Source: Octopus bimaculoides (lineage: Eukaryota). Taken from it: a stretch of 64,000 nt of DNA. A program made the position numbers and the translations under genes. Within the stretch, counting starts at the first letter, position 1; every line of letters begins with the position of its first letter. Below the pieces are notes generated by a model. That model was not told the origin of the DNA. It was given only the letters and a program-made list of their open reading frames with translations, and searched no databases. Shown here one piece after another: positions 1 to 13,693 of the stretch. The DNA is taken from the NCBI RefSeq assembly GCF_001194135.2, contig NC_068981.1, positions 180,773,047 through 180,837,046 of the forward strand, in the 5' to 3' direction.

Positions 1-52
1 TATGTATGTATATATATATGTATGTATATATATATGTATGTATATATATATG

Positions 53-117
<65 letters not shown>

Positions 118-1168
118 TTGTGTGTCTGTATTTGTCCCCACCAGCATCACTTGACAACCAATGCAGGTGTGTTTACGTCCCCATAGCTTAGCGGTTCGGC
201 AAAAGAGACCGATTGAATAAGTACTAGGCTTACTAATTACTAAGAATAAGTCTTGGGGTCGATTTGCTCGACTAAAGGCAGTGCTCCAGCATGGCCACAG
301 TCAAATGACTGAAACAAGTAAAAGAGTAAAATAGTTTGTGTATTGTAGAAATATAACCAATTTGTTGCTCACAAACTTTAACAGCAAAATCTTATATGGA
401 CCCCGGTTGAGAACCACTGGATTAAACCTTTCTAGATGATACCCCAGTATAGCTGCAGTCCAACGTCTGGAACAAGTAAAAGATAAAAGATACCACTATT
501 AAGTGTAGGCAACAAGGAGCAACAGAAACCATGAAAGTAGTAATAGATTAACCTGATCATAAATGTTCTGGTCTATTTCATCTGTTGAATAAAGATAATG
601 ATTCATAAAAACGTCCTTATTTTGTCTATTAATACAAATATTTAATGATTCATAAATGCCTTTTGAATGAACTGCTTTTAATAACAATATCTCCTCCATG
701 CTATGTATGTATGTGTATATGCAAACCTAAACTTTATCATATTCTTGAATATCCTGGCTTATGTGGAGGTGCAGGTATGATTATGTGGAGCCACAGGTGT
801 GGTTGTACGGTTAAGAAGTTTGCCTCCCAATCATGTGGTCTTGGCTTCAATCCTACCGCCCAGTACCATGAGCAAGTGTTTTCTACTATAGCCCCAGGCT
901 GACCAAAGCCTTCTGAGTAGCTTCAGTTGACAGATACTGAACACACTATCACACAGACACACATATATATATATGTGCACGCATGTCTTTGTGCATGTCC
1001 CCCTACCACTGCTTGACAACTGCTGTTGGTGTTTACATCTCCGTAACTTAGCAGTTCGACAAATATAGACTGATAGAATAAGTACCAGCTTTTATAAAAA
1101 CAATCATAAGTACTGGGGTTGATTCATTTGACTATATTTCTTTAAGGTGGAGCCCCAGCATGACCACA

Positions 1169-1372
1169 CCTTCCGGAATTCCTCATAAGAAGTGCATGAG
1201 GGCGGTCATGTCTCAAACTCATGTGTGTCGGAATATCTGCAGCTTCCAAGTTATGTATTATACATGCATTTATTATAAAAAATAAAATAAATGCATGTAT
1301 GCAGATATGCCAACACACACGAGCTTGAGACATGACCGCCCTCACGCCCTTCTCATGAGGAATTCTGGAAGG
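1169..1372. mobile_element. palindromic MITE/foldback element
   Basis: About 73-bp imperfect inverted arms (CCTTCC..GAATTCCTCAT..GAGGGCGGTCATGTCTCAA..ATATCTGCA) plus an inner 14-bp inverted repeat. Confidence 0.75.
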
Positions 1373-2460
1373 AGTTTCATGAGACCACTGCAGGAACACT
1401 TCAACAAATTCCAGTAACCATTGGAAAACTGACTATAACAGTGACTCCATTAATTCCTAGCAATATCTGAAGAACGAATTTTTATATTCTGAAATATTAT
1501 TATATCAGACTATGGATAATTAAATTATAACAGTTATTATAGTCCACTCTGCATTGTCATGCCATTCCAGACATGTTACATTTCACTCACACACACACAC
1601 GAATTTGTGTACATGTTAGTGTGATGACTGTAAACAACAAGAATTTCTGTCATACAAGGAGTGTTATTTATTTCCGGTCTTTCAGGCAAAAACATGTCTG
1701 GCCATGGGAAATATTATCTCCTTTAGAAATAGGTGAAGTTGGGAACAGGAAAGACACCAAACTGTAGAAAACTTGCCTCAACAAATTAACAAAGTCTATC
1801 TGACCGATGTAAGCATGAACATTAAAAACAATGATATATACAAGTTGTGGAATCCAAATTGAGGACATCTGGTTCACAAGTGTACCATATCCTCTCCCTT
1901 TTTCCACTGTTCCTATGATAGGCCCTGCTCCTTGGAGCTGGCTAGTCTTGTACTTCCACCACTCAGATACACCAACCCACTTATCTTTCCACCTCTCATC
2001 AACCTTGTTGTATCAAACCTCACTTGGCCCCTACACCAACCACTATTTCCAGTCCTTTCTTCCCTGAACATTGGGCTCCCTGGAATATTTTCTCTGCTCT
2101 TGTCTTTCCAGCAGGTGCTGAAGGCAAACACACACACACACACACAGAAATATATATATATATACAGATAGAGTGAGAGAGAGCAGGATAGAGACTGAGG
2201 GATAGAATGAGAGAAACATTAAAATGTCCGATGTCAAATAAATCAGTGCCAAAACAGCTGTACCAAAAGGTCTCATACCCTATACAAGATATGCCTACAA
2301 TTGGATTTCCTTCCATCTTAAATTTCAATAATCACAGAGATCAGACCTTAATTAATTAACTTTTGCTGTTTTTCCACCAATTACATACATAGTCACTAAA
2401 CATATATCACATAAGACCTAAACATAACATATACCTATTTCCTAAAAGCTTTTTATTTTG

Positions 2461-2536
<76 letters not shown>

Positions 2537-4487
2537 ATTGCTGCTATTATGCAAAAGTGTCGCTAGTCCAAAATATTGCTTTTTCAGAAAATGAAAAAAT
2601 AGTTTCACCATTCCATAGTAAAACCGTTGTACTACACTTTGACAATTTTAGATATATTGGCATCTGAAGCAGCTGGAAATACAGAAGTTTGATCACAAGA
2701 ATCTGGTATTGCAAGCAAAAATAAATATTGAAAAAAAAAAAAAAAAAACCTTTGGCCAAATTTGGACAAACCACAGAATAACATAATAGCAACAAGACAT
2801 AAAAAAGGTGTGTGTGTGTGTGCGCGCGCGTGTACACACATGTTTATGGGGTATGCTTATTCTTTTATTTTCTTCTGTCAGTATCAGTTCATGAAATTAC
2901 AAAGGGGTGAAGGTGTGTTTTTTTATCAATTAATTTTCTTTTATGTAACTTAGTCACCAGAAGAATGACAGCAGCCATGACCTTTCACAGAGCCTCCAGA
3001 GTGGTACATGAGTGAGATAAGATAGATAAAGGGAGAGGGGGAAAGGAGGGAGGAGAGGGTGAAAGAGAGACAGGAAATGCTGATAGAGAGAGGGGGAGGG
3101 CCAAAGAGGAAAGAGAAGAAGAGGGACAAAGAGGAAGTAGAGTGTGAAAGAGAGAATGCAACACATTGGTTGTTTCAGAAGGAAATTATCAGAGGCAGAG
3201 AGCACAATTATACCCAAAGAGGAGACTTGCTATGATTTCATTTCTACAGTTGCCCTCATGCATTAGGACAATGAAAAAATAAGAACCTAAAAAAATCATC
3301 CAAGGAAAGAGATGGCTTCATTGGCATACAATTTGCTCTTTGTTAAATATACTAAATATTCATCATTTCAATCTCATAAATATCTTAAAACACAAAATTC
3401 CAGTTTAAAATGATATTTTCAGTTCATTTGTGAAAATTCAAACTAAAATGTTAGTTTTTGAGGTTGCAGTCATACAACAAGGAAAGTGTCACAGTTAATT
3501 AGACTAAAACTGCATATTTTACAATGACTTGATGAGCTGACTCACTCACAAAATGCATCTAATTTCAATATGCAATTCTAATCAACCTGAAATAGTTTCA
3601 TGTTCTAGGTTTTGTAGAGATAAAAATGGTTGTCAGCCAATGAACATGTGACTTGTAAAAGACGGTTCAAGTATATTTATAATAGCATTTTTTAAAACGT
3701 ATTCATTGATGAGTAATAATGCATTATCTCAGTATATAAAGCTTTCATAATGGTTTCAAAGCATCATGTCCACTGTGAACTATGCATTTTTCTTAGTCAA
3801 CTATACTATTTTTAATGCATGATTGTAATTCAATACAACTCCTTCCTCCATTTTTTTCATTTTTTTTCTTCGTTCTTTATTTGACAATTGGAAAGTCTAA
3901 GCTAAAAAAGTTTTCTATAAACTGAAATGGACAACAAAAAATTATTTTAACCAATGAAATCTGAATTAATAAAAATAATAGTTTTTAAAAATTGAATTGA
4001 AGTTTTGAAAGCTGGAAATGACTGAAAGTGATAAACGTTTGAAACTTACATAAAAACTGATATCAAATTTGAATCAACAAGTTTTATATAGTTCAGACTT
4101 TATCTAAAGCAAGTTCAGCCTTTCATAAGTCCCATATTGTTAAGTACTGAGTGCAACTATGAGAGGAAGTATGCTTCAAATGTGGGACATATGTGATGTT
4201 TAATGAAGCAGCAAGGTTAATCAAGGCCTCAAGTAAAATCCTGAATAACAAACAAGCCTGTGAGAAAACTAAGAAAAAATTTTCTATGAACCAGGCGCTG
4301 CAGAACTGCAGCACCCCCTATTTCCACTCGATATTATCGATGACATTCAATATAATGAGTCCTTTTTCCTTTAATTCTTTCTTTATACTTGTACATTATA
4401 TAATCCTTAAGCTTAATATCAATAGCCACCCCCTAGTCTATTAAAAAAATATACAAAAATCCTTATATAGAACTTTGCGCTTCACAG

Positions 4488-4569
4488 TTCCAGTGACGCA
4501 GTGGTTGGCTGTTATGTGCATGCTCACATGTTCAAGATAGGAAGCTTCACACTAGGGAGAGAAAGCACT
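4488..4569 (+). CDS. candidate exon of unidentified plus-strand gene (SSDAVVGCYVHAHMFKIGSFTLGREST)
   Basis: TTCACAG acceptor, GTATGA donor, open frame, phase 2-0, compatible with the next exon. Confidence 0.55.
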
Positions 4570-4772
4570 GTATGAACGATAATGCTGACCCCAGTGTTCC
4601 AGTGAAAAGTAGAGTTTCACTTTGACTCTGCATGTGTTGTGCTTAAAAACATGTTTATATTCTTGAAATGTGGTAAAGTGTAGAATTAGATTATTATCCT
4701 TCTTCCAGCTTCAGTGCTGCTGCAAGGATTTGAAAAATAGGGCATATTTCCCTCCCTTATTTTGTGATTTAG

Positions 4773-4876
4773 GGTGGATTTTTGAGAAACAAGGGGGAAT
4801 TCACAGCAGTATCTAGTAGTGAACAAATTAAACACACTACCCAACAGTGGCTAAAACGTGAACCAATCAAGTTTAT
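4773..4876 (+). CDS. candidate exon of unidentified plus-strand gene (GGFLRNKGEFTAVSSSEQIKHTTQQWLKREPIKF)
   Basis: Pyrimidine-rich acceptor ending TTTAG, GTATGA donor, open frame, phase 0-2. Confidence 0.6.
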
Positions 4877-7143
4877 GTATGAATTTTCTTTTTATATGTT
4901 TGTTTTCTTTTACACAATATTAATACAACGGCTAAAAATTTTCTGAAGTAGCAAACCCCACTAATTTTATTTACGAGCCGTCACTGGAACCAAGAAAGTT
5001 CATAAGTTTTGTGTTTTGAACAGTATCCTCTTATAGTCTCTGTATGCACAGGACAATAATGTGATTGTCTAACATACCAAAAAGCATATCATGTAGGTAA
5101 TGGTCTACCAGTTGTGTGGTGTGATGTAGTAATAGCTGTAATGGTATGATAGAAATTACCATCTCTGGAAGAGTGATGTGCTCTGGATATAAGGCAGCAT
5201 TGAACATTTACCTGGCAACTGTTCAGTTAAAAATAATTCAAGGATGAAGATACAAATCAACAAATCACTTGATGGGTGATTTTACACCTGACATACAGCC
5301 ACCTCCTTATACCAGTGCCATGAAAAAAAAAAACACCCAAAGCAGTCTTTAAAGTAGCTAGCATTAGGAAGGGCACCAAATCACAGAAACCATGCCAAAA
5401 TTAACGTGGAATATGATGCAACCTTGTGGCTCACAGGATTCAGTCAAACTGTCCAACTTATACCAGCATGGAAGACTAATGTTTAAATGATGATAACATC
5501 TAAGAATTCGAGACCAGTCTGTGTCTGTAATTCTTCAAGGTTAGCAAAACCAGCAAACCTCTTCATATGATATATTAACAATTCAAAATTATCATCACCA
5601 TCATTTTATTGTCCACTTTTATTTCCATACTCTCAAAGGTTGGGCAGAATTTATTTTGAGGTAAACTTTCTGTGGCTGGATGCCTTTTCTGTCACCAACC
5701 CTCACCTGTTTCCAATCAAGCTAATATTTTTGCATGCCCAGACATATTATTATGATAAATTGGGAAACAAAGGACACCCCTTACATGATGGTGTCACTTG
5801 CTTACAACTATCACATGATGTCAAAGCAAAGAAACAGTAACACATAACAGGATTCTTTCAGTTTCCATCTACCAAATCCACTCACAAGGTTTTGGTCAGC
5901 CCAGGGTTACAGTAAAAGACACTTGTTCAAGGTGCCACACAGTGAGAGTGTCTTTTACTATAACTCGAGCTGACTAATTTATTATTCCACATGGTCCTGA
6001 CCAAAAGTGGAATGATAAATTGATTTGCCATGAGGAACATGAAAATTTTAACATTTTAAGCAGAGAACTCTTGATAAAACATGATAAATCAAGCCATGGG
6101 ATTCAATTTAATTAATTTCATAATTAAAATTTATAAATTTGAGTTTTAACAGTTTAAGATAACTTTATGAAGCAAAATAGCCCTAGGCTTAAAATACTGG
6201 CTAACTTATCCCAACTTGCATAATCAAACAAACAGGTTTCACTCTAACCAGAAGTAGCAACCAAAGTTATCTTAGATCACACCTCATTGCCTTCTAGAAT
6301 TACGTGAATAATATTGATCTGGAAAATATGCTTGTTGTAAATGGGATGGTCATGACTGAAACATCTTCGATTTTAGGTCATGTTCTACCAAGACTGACCT
6401 GGGGTTAAACAACAAGTCATAAAATGACAGCATTAAAGAATATGAGTGATGTATTGCCCTAAACAAGTGATATTATAGACAGTAATAAAACAGGTGATGT
6501 CATCATATACAATAATAAAAGCAAGGTATGAAACAAAACTAAACAAGTAATAGTTTGTAGTAGTACAGTATGGAGAGTGGGTAGGAGAAGAAAGAAAGAA
6601 ATTATGTACAAAACAGACCAACTCATACATTCAGAAAATCTTTAGAATTGCTCACTTTGACTCCAGTACAGAATATCTTAATATCATTGACTCCAGTATA
6701 GAAATCTTAATATCTTTGACTCCAGTACACAGGTTGGTCAGTGGATCTCAGTCATTTGAAGTAGGGCCCTCTTAAAAGCATTATAGGCTTCTGGGCAAAT
6801 CAATGCACTGCTCCCTATAGTATTTATTTATTGCCAACTCACCACAGCATACATCTCAGAATTAGGCTCTTAGACTTCTGAGGCCCCTGGGCAACTGCCA
6901 ATTGTATCCATACATTATGACAGTATTCATATGAAGATGTAGATTCAGTTGTTTGATCAACTGAATTACCTGCTCCTGAATCAATGTATAAGTAGCTGAG
7001 CATTCCATAAGTACAGATATATATACACACACATATATATATGCATGCGCACACACACATGTATAGAGGATAGCCCAGAAGTCACAAAGGTGTTAATAAT
7101 TCATTTATGTTCTGTTTTTAATTTATAATATCTTCACATAATA

Positions 7144-7968
7144 CGTTGTCTGATCAATAAGTATCTGGATTGTTGCCATAGTAACGAAGCTAAATCATGC
7201 AGAATGAAGCCGCTTGGCACAGATTGACCTTTAACTCTGCTGTGCATGCACACTAAGTTTTAACGTTTTAGCTCACTTCCACCGTTTACAACAGTGCTTG
7301 GAAGGAACATGTGTAGCATGTGATCATTGCATTGACCATGGCCGAGAAAGTTGAGCAGAGAATTTACATCAAATTTTGCCAAAAGCTTGACGATACCTGC
7401 TCAGAAGCCTACGCAAAGTTTTCAAAAAGTTTTCATTGTTCTCAACACAATCAAGAAGATCTTGTGCAGCTGAAACCCGAATGTCTTTTTGGTCAGCTGA
7501 AAGCAGTTTGGGCACGAACTTGGCAGCCACATGTCTCATCCCCGAATCTTCAGTGATAATGGACTGAACTGAACCTTAACTAATCTGCACATCCTCTGAT
7601 AACTCATGGATGGTGATTCGATGATTGCATGCACATCTGCAATGTTTTCCTCGGTTCTGCAGGTTGCAGGTCTCCAAGAACATTTGTCAATATTGACATT
7701 TTTTTCTTTTTACTATTTTGGAAATGTCTGAAACACTCATACACTTGTGTGCAGCTCATACACTCTTCACTACACACTTTCTGCAACATTGTGCAGGCCT
7801 CTGAGCAGGTATCGTCATGACAACTTTCTCTGTCATGGTCAATGCAATTGATTACACGCTACACACCTTCCTACCAAGGTCAATTTTTGACAAGCAGCTT
7901 CACTCTACTCTGTGTGCTTTAGCTCCATTACTATGGCAACAGTCCAGTTACTTATTGATCAGACCTCA
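7144..7968 (-). mobile_element. non-autonomous mariner derivative with transposase 5' half and duplicated inverted 5' end
   Basis: TA-flanked TIRs (GTCTGATCAATAAGT); decayed transposase peptides MLQKVCSEECMSCTQVYE and GMRHVAAKFVPKLLSADQKDIRV on minus; MAEKVEQRIYIKFCQKL on plus. Confidence 0.85.
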
Positions 7969-8138
7969 TATGTAGTATCATCATCATCATCATTGTTTAA
8001 CGTCCGCTTTCCATGCTAGCATGGGTTGGACGACTTGACTGAGGACTGGTGAAACCGGATGGCAACACCAGGCTCCAATCTAAATTTGGCAGAGTTTCTA
8101 CAGCTGGATGCCCTTCCTAACGCCAACCTCTCAGAGAG

Positions 8139-8208
<70 letters not shown>

Positions 8209-9133
8209 TACACATACATATATACATACATATATACATACATACAAACACACACAATCTGTGTGTGTGTGTGTCTCCCACTGCTTGACAACCAGTGTTG
8301 GTTTGTTTATGTCCCCATAACCTAGCAGTTTGGCAAAAGACACGAATAGTGCCAGTTTAAAAAATAAGTACTGGGTATTGATTTCTTTGACTAAAGTACT
8401 CCAGCATGGTTACAGTCCAGTGACTAAAACAAGTAAGGGATAGAAGGTAGCGTTTAAGATGGCAAACACATTATATTCATGAGTTGCCCATGTACACAAC
8501 AGATAAGCATCTCACAAGAGAATTAAGCTATTTACTCTTTAACACCAGATGCTCTCATAAGGCTTTAGTAGATCTGGAGCCATAGAAGAAGACACTTACT
8601 CAAGGAGCCAAACAGTGGGCTTGAAACTAGAACCACATGGTTGTGAAGCGAAATTTTTAACCACACGGCTATACCTGTGCAAACATATCATAAAATTAGC
8701 TTTTGATGCATTCAAAGATTCCTTGAAACTATACTCTCAGATATGAAAGCTGACAAAAGAGAAATGCCTACACCTTACATATAAAGACATTTGAACACAG
8801 CAGAAAAGAACCATCACCAAATAGACATTAATATCTTAGCCTTGATTTACAAGGTTCAGTATTTCCACAATTAGGTTATTCATCAAAAAATTTTCTCATA
8901 ATAGAACATAAAATCTGGTAGTACAAGAACCCTTCTAATGGCAATTAATTAATTAATTGCAATATGAATGCACCGATGTGAATTGCATACAGGAAAATGA
9001 AAGCATATAACAAAACAATTCAGTGTTTGTAGCATTCAAGACAATTCTAAAGAAAAACTAATAGGAAAAGACAATAGCTTTAATTCACGATTCAGATTGA
9101 CAGACAATACATGTCACTGATTTCTTGTATAAG

Positions 9134-9186
9134 GAGAGAAATAGTAGAAATGATTCTATCCCAAGTAATTCAGATGGCAGAAGAAG
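9134..9186 (+). CDS. candidate exon of unidentified plus-strand gene ((M)REIVEMILSQVIQMAEE)
   Basis: TTTCTTGTATAAG acceptor, GTTAGA donor, phase 2-1; continues exon 4773-4876 in frame (AT|G). Confidence 0.5.
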
Positions 9187-9755
9187 GTTAGAATGACTGT
9201 GTGGTTAAATAGTTTGTTTCCCAACCATATGGTTACAGGTTTAATCATACTGTATGACACCTTGGGCAAGTGTCTTCTACTAAGGTCCTAGGCTGACCAA
9301 AACCTTATGAGTGGATTTGGCCGATGGAAACTGAAAGAAGCCCATGGTGTTTGCTTGTGAGTGTGTGTATAATGTGTGTGACTGTGTGTATGTGTGTGTG
9401 CATGTGTATGTGGGTAGGTGCATGTAAGTGGCTAGGTGTGTATGTGTGTCTTTGTCTTGACATTATATGATAGTTGTAAGCAAATGTCACCAACACACAA
9501 GCAGTGTTATATATTACCAGTCTCCCATGAAAATAGGTCCAGTCATGAAGAAACATTGCTTTCAAATATTGACACAAGGCCAGTAATTTCAGGAGGTGGA
9601 GTAGTTGATTACTTTATCAAACCCAAAAGGATGAAGGACAAAGTCAACCTCAGCGGAATTTGAACTCAGAATGTAAGACTGGATGAAATACCATTAAGCA
9701 TTATGCCCAATGTGTAATGATTCAGCTAATTCACTACCTTAGTCATGGAGAAATA

Positions 9756-10573
9756 CAGCAATCCATCCCTCAACTATCACAGGTGTTACATTCAAAACCC
9801 ACCGTGACAGGTGAAAATCTACGAAGTAGAAACAGTACTGTACTGTATATTTTTTCTTATTATTTTTATGATTTGTGTATATTTGCATCATGGAAGGTGT
9901 TTATAAACCACTTAAAAACAAACAAAAACCGTTCGATCCACTTCAACATTTAAATTTAATTTGTCAAAATATTTTCGTCACTTTGAAACCGCAACCTGTT
10001 CACAGACAAAATTTCATGCTGCATCTTTTGTCAGTGAACAGGTCACGATTTCAAAGCAACGAAAATATTTTGACAAGTTAAATTTAAATGTTGAAGTGAC
10101 TCTAATGGTTTTTGTGTGTTTTTAAATGCTGCAATTGTTTTTGTTTCAGTACACAATCTCAGATCAGGTCACTTGCTATGCAAGTACATCTCTGTTATTG
10201 TATATATTTATTCTATTATAAATGGAAAACAACACCACATGCTTGCCTTCTGAGTTTTGTTTTCCATATAGTATGTGCGATTCTTTGTTTACTCATTTAC
10301 GGTACACATATTTTCTTTTAATATTTTTTTAATTAATGTGTTACACAGTACAGTGCTGTATTTTTATTTATTAATTTATTAATTTTTAGGTGTGAAAATG
10401 CTTATTTTACTACAGAAATAATTAAAATCTAAAAAAAATATAAATACCTATCAGCCACAGAAACCTGTGATATACTGAGGAATCCACAGAATAAATTTAC
10501 ATATATTAGCCAGAAAAATCTGTGATGTACTGAGGGCATGATAGGTGAACTGTGATATGGCGAGTGATTACTG
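9756..10573. mobile_element. pogo/Tigger-like MITE with internal palindrome
   Basis: TA|CAGCAATCC..CCTCAACTATCAC and GTGATATGGCGAGTGATTACTG|TA ends; internal inverted repeat 9912-10125. Confidence 0.7.
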
Positions 10574-11955
10574 TATTGCCTTGCTTTGAAACAAACGGCA
10601 GTTAGTGACAGGAATGGCATCTGGTTGTAAATTTGCCTCAATAAACTCTGTCTGAACCATGCAAGTACAGGTCAGTTGACACCACTTCTGACAAGGGAAA
10701 AACTTTACATAACACCTTACAGCAGATGAAATTTGCTGGATTGTTAATTACTTGGGGAGAATGGCATTTAATTTCTGAATCTTTAGAAGACAGTTTAGTT
10801 AAATTCCAGGCAGTGAGGAAGCCTTTATGTCTGTGGTCTTCAACCATATTTTTCCTACAGACTCCTTTGAGTCTTATTTTACTCAAATGGACCCTAATAG
10901 CCATTCAATATTCAAAAAAATATTTCTATAATTAAATACTATTAGGAACCATATAAAAATAAATTGTCAAAATATTTTGTGCAATTTATTGAACATAATT
11001 TTTAACAGCAAAATCTTATATGGCCCTCCAAGGATCATATGGACCTTGATTGAGAACCACTGCGTTACATAGTCACTTGGTCAAACGGAAATAGCAGCCA
11101 AATTCTCATATCATACCCTACTAACTAAAAAAAGAAAAGGATACATCAGTTCTTCATACACTATGCCTGAAAAAGAGGTGAGATGGTCACAGCTGGAATT
11201 CCTTTGATTATAGATCTGTTTGCTTAGGTTTGACCTAATGAACAACAATACTTTACTAAAGAAAACAGACGAAAAAAAATCAACAGCCAAGTAAAGTAAA
11301 GACTGAAAATACTACTTGAACTGTTTTGTATGTGGACATCATTAGATAAGGATAGTAAATATAAATGAAAAACACATATCTATGACAGGATCATAAGTTG
11401 ATATCTTATAAAAACAGGTTTACTCAAGAGGTACAACACTGAAAATTATGAATTCATGTCAACTTATGCAGAAAGTGTTAGATTATGGCTGTGTGATTAT
11501 GAAATTCACTCCCCAAACACATCGTTTCAAGTTTAGTCCCACTGTATAGCATTATGGGAACTGGATTGGAAAATACCAAAATATTTAGAAAATTTTAGTG
11601 TTTTCAAAGTATTGTACTGTAATAGGTGTATTCCTCTGAGGTGAAATGATGATGGTTTTATTTATGTATGTATGTATGTATGTATGTGTGTGTGTGTGTG
11701 TGTGTGATCATCATCGTTTAACATCTGCTTTCCATGCTAGCATGGGTTGGACGATTTGACTGAGGACTGGTGAACCAGATGGCTACACGAGGCTCCAATC
11801 TGATTTGGCAGGGTTTCTACAACTGGATGCCCTTCCTAACGCCAACCACTCCGAGAGTGTAGTGGGTGCTTTTACGTGCCACCTGCACAGGAGACAGTCC
11901 AGTGGCACTGGCAACAATCTTGCTCGAATGTCTTTACACATGCCACCGGCACAAG

Positions 11956-11992
<37 letters not shown>

Positions 11993-13034
11993 ACCTCTTT
12001 CACAAGTCTTTTTCCTGTCTACAGATATGTGCTAAGTTCTGTTTTTGTGCAAGACTAGTAAGTTACATATGCAAGCCTCCTCTCCTCTTTCTAAGCCAAT
12101 AACAATGCCTAAGGGACAGGCATCAGTGCCATTACCTATGAACTTTGAACATAAAGAGTCGGAAAAATAGAAGGCACTGATAATCCACTGTTCTTAATTG
12201 GTACTTTACTTTTATCTTAACTAATGAAGGATAAAGGTTAAGTTGGCCTTGATAGAATTTCAATGTAAAAAGCAGAAGAAATACTGCAAAGCATTTAGTC
12301 CAGCACTCTAATGATTCACCATTGAAGATAATTCATTTAAACAATATAAGTAGTTTCTTCTTCCATTATTCTCACACGTTAACATAGATATTTACATTCA
12401 AAATGTTTCAGGGAATGGAATTTCATTCCTGATATTACTTAATTCAGATGTTACTAATTCAACTAAATAAAGAGAATAATACCAGTGGGATATTATTGAT
12501 ACAATCTGTTGATTATTCAATTTTTACATTTATGGCATAAATGAAAAAAAATGCATACAATCAATTACAAATATTCTCAAACCTTTTTCTCTTACCCAGA
12601 ACATTTTGAAGCACTTGTTTCAGTCATTGTGCTGCAGCCAAAGCGGGGCACTGCCTTGAAGGTTTTAACAAAACAAATCAGCACCAGTATATATTCTTCT
12701 TTAAGTTTGGCACTTATTTTATCGGTCTCTTTTGCCGACCTGCTAATTTACAGGGATGTAAATAAACCAATACTGGTTGTCAAGAGATGGCAGGGGACAA
12801 ACACACTTACAGCTTGACTGGCCTTCGTGCAGGTGACACGTAAAAGCACCCACTACACTCTCTGAGTGGTTGGCGTTAGGAAGGGCATCCAGCTGTAGAA
12901 ACTCTGCCAAATTAGATTGGAGCCTAGTGTTGCCACCTGGTTTCACCAGTCCTCAGTCAAATCGTCCAACCCATGCTAGCATGGAAAGCAGACATTAAAC
13001 GATGATGATGATGATGAGATATATATATATATAT

Positions 13035-13187
13035 TTGACAGGAAGGACAACAAAAGAAAGAAAGAGACCTTGATATTATGCAAATAGAGGAATTTATCTG
13101 TAAAAATATGCGACACTTATTCAGTAGCCATGATAAAACTCCGAGTTTCGGATGACAGGAATTTTCAATTGGCCAGATAACTGAAGA
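13035..13187. mobile_element. Penelope-like terminal repeat fragment, truncated by gap
   Basis: Shares segments with 15528-15830; preceded by (TA)n, with (TA)n again after the gap. Confidence 0.55.
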
Positions 13188-13662
13188 NNNNNNNNNNNNN
13201 NNNNNNNNNNNNNNNNNNNNNNNNNNNNNNNNNNNNNNNNNNNNNNNNNNNNNNNNNNNNNATATATATATATATATATACATATATAAAATCATTTAAA
13301 GTCCACTTTCCATGGTGGCATGGCTTGATGGTTTGATAGGAGCTGGCAAGCTGCTCCAGTTTCCAAATGTTTGTTTTAGCATAGTTTGTATGGCTGGATG
13401 CCCTTCCTAACACCAACCACTTTACTGAGTGTACTGGGTGCTTTTACACAGCACTGGCATGAGTACATTTTTATGTAGCACCAGCACATACATGGAACCA
13501 GAACAGGTCCTCTCTATGTGCACTGGCACAAGTGCTCTCCATGGGGCACAGGCACATTTTATATGACAGCATATATATATATTCCCGAGCGTCATACTAA
13601 TATATACTTTTGTTATTTACACCACCTGTCCTCGTCTGTTGTTATTTTTTGTATATTCTCCC

Positions 13663-13693
<31 letters not shown>

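Noticed and set aside
6-191. ORFs such as [10 protein letters not shown]... and SLSLSL..., HTHTHT..., and X-filled ORFs throughout the track
   Set aside because: Translations of microsatellites and N-gaps
4113-4124. ERL codons on the minus strand as the Crumbs C-terminus
   Set aside because: The context reads TYERLNLL*, not PPEERLI*
6839-7060. Minus-strand ORF YGMLSYLYIDSGAGNSVDQ... as a downstream crumbs exon
   Set aside because: It starts in a microsatellite, has no convincing acceptor in phase, and shows no EGF, TM or tail features
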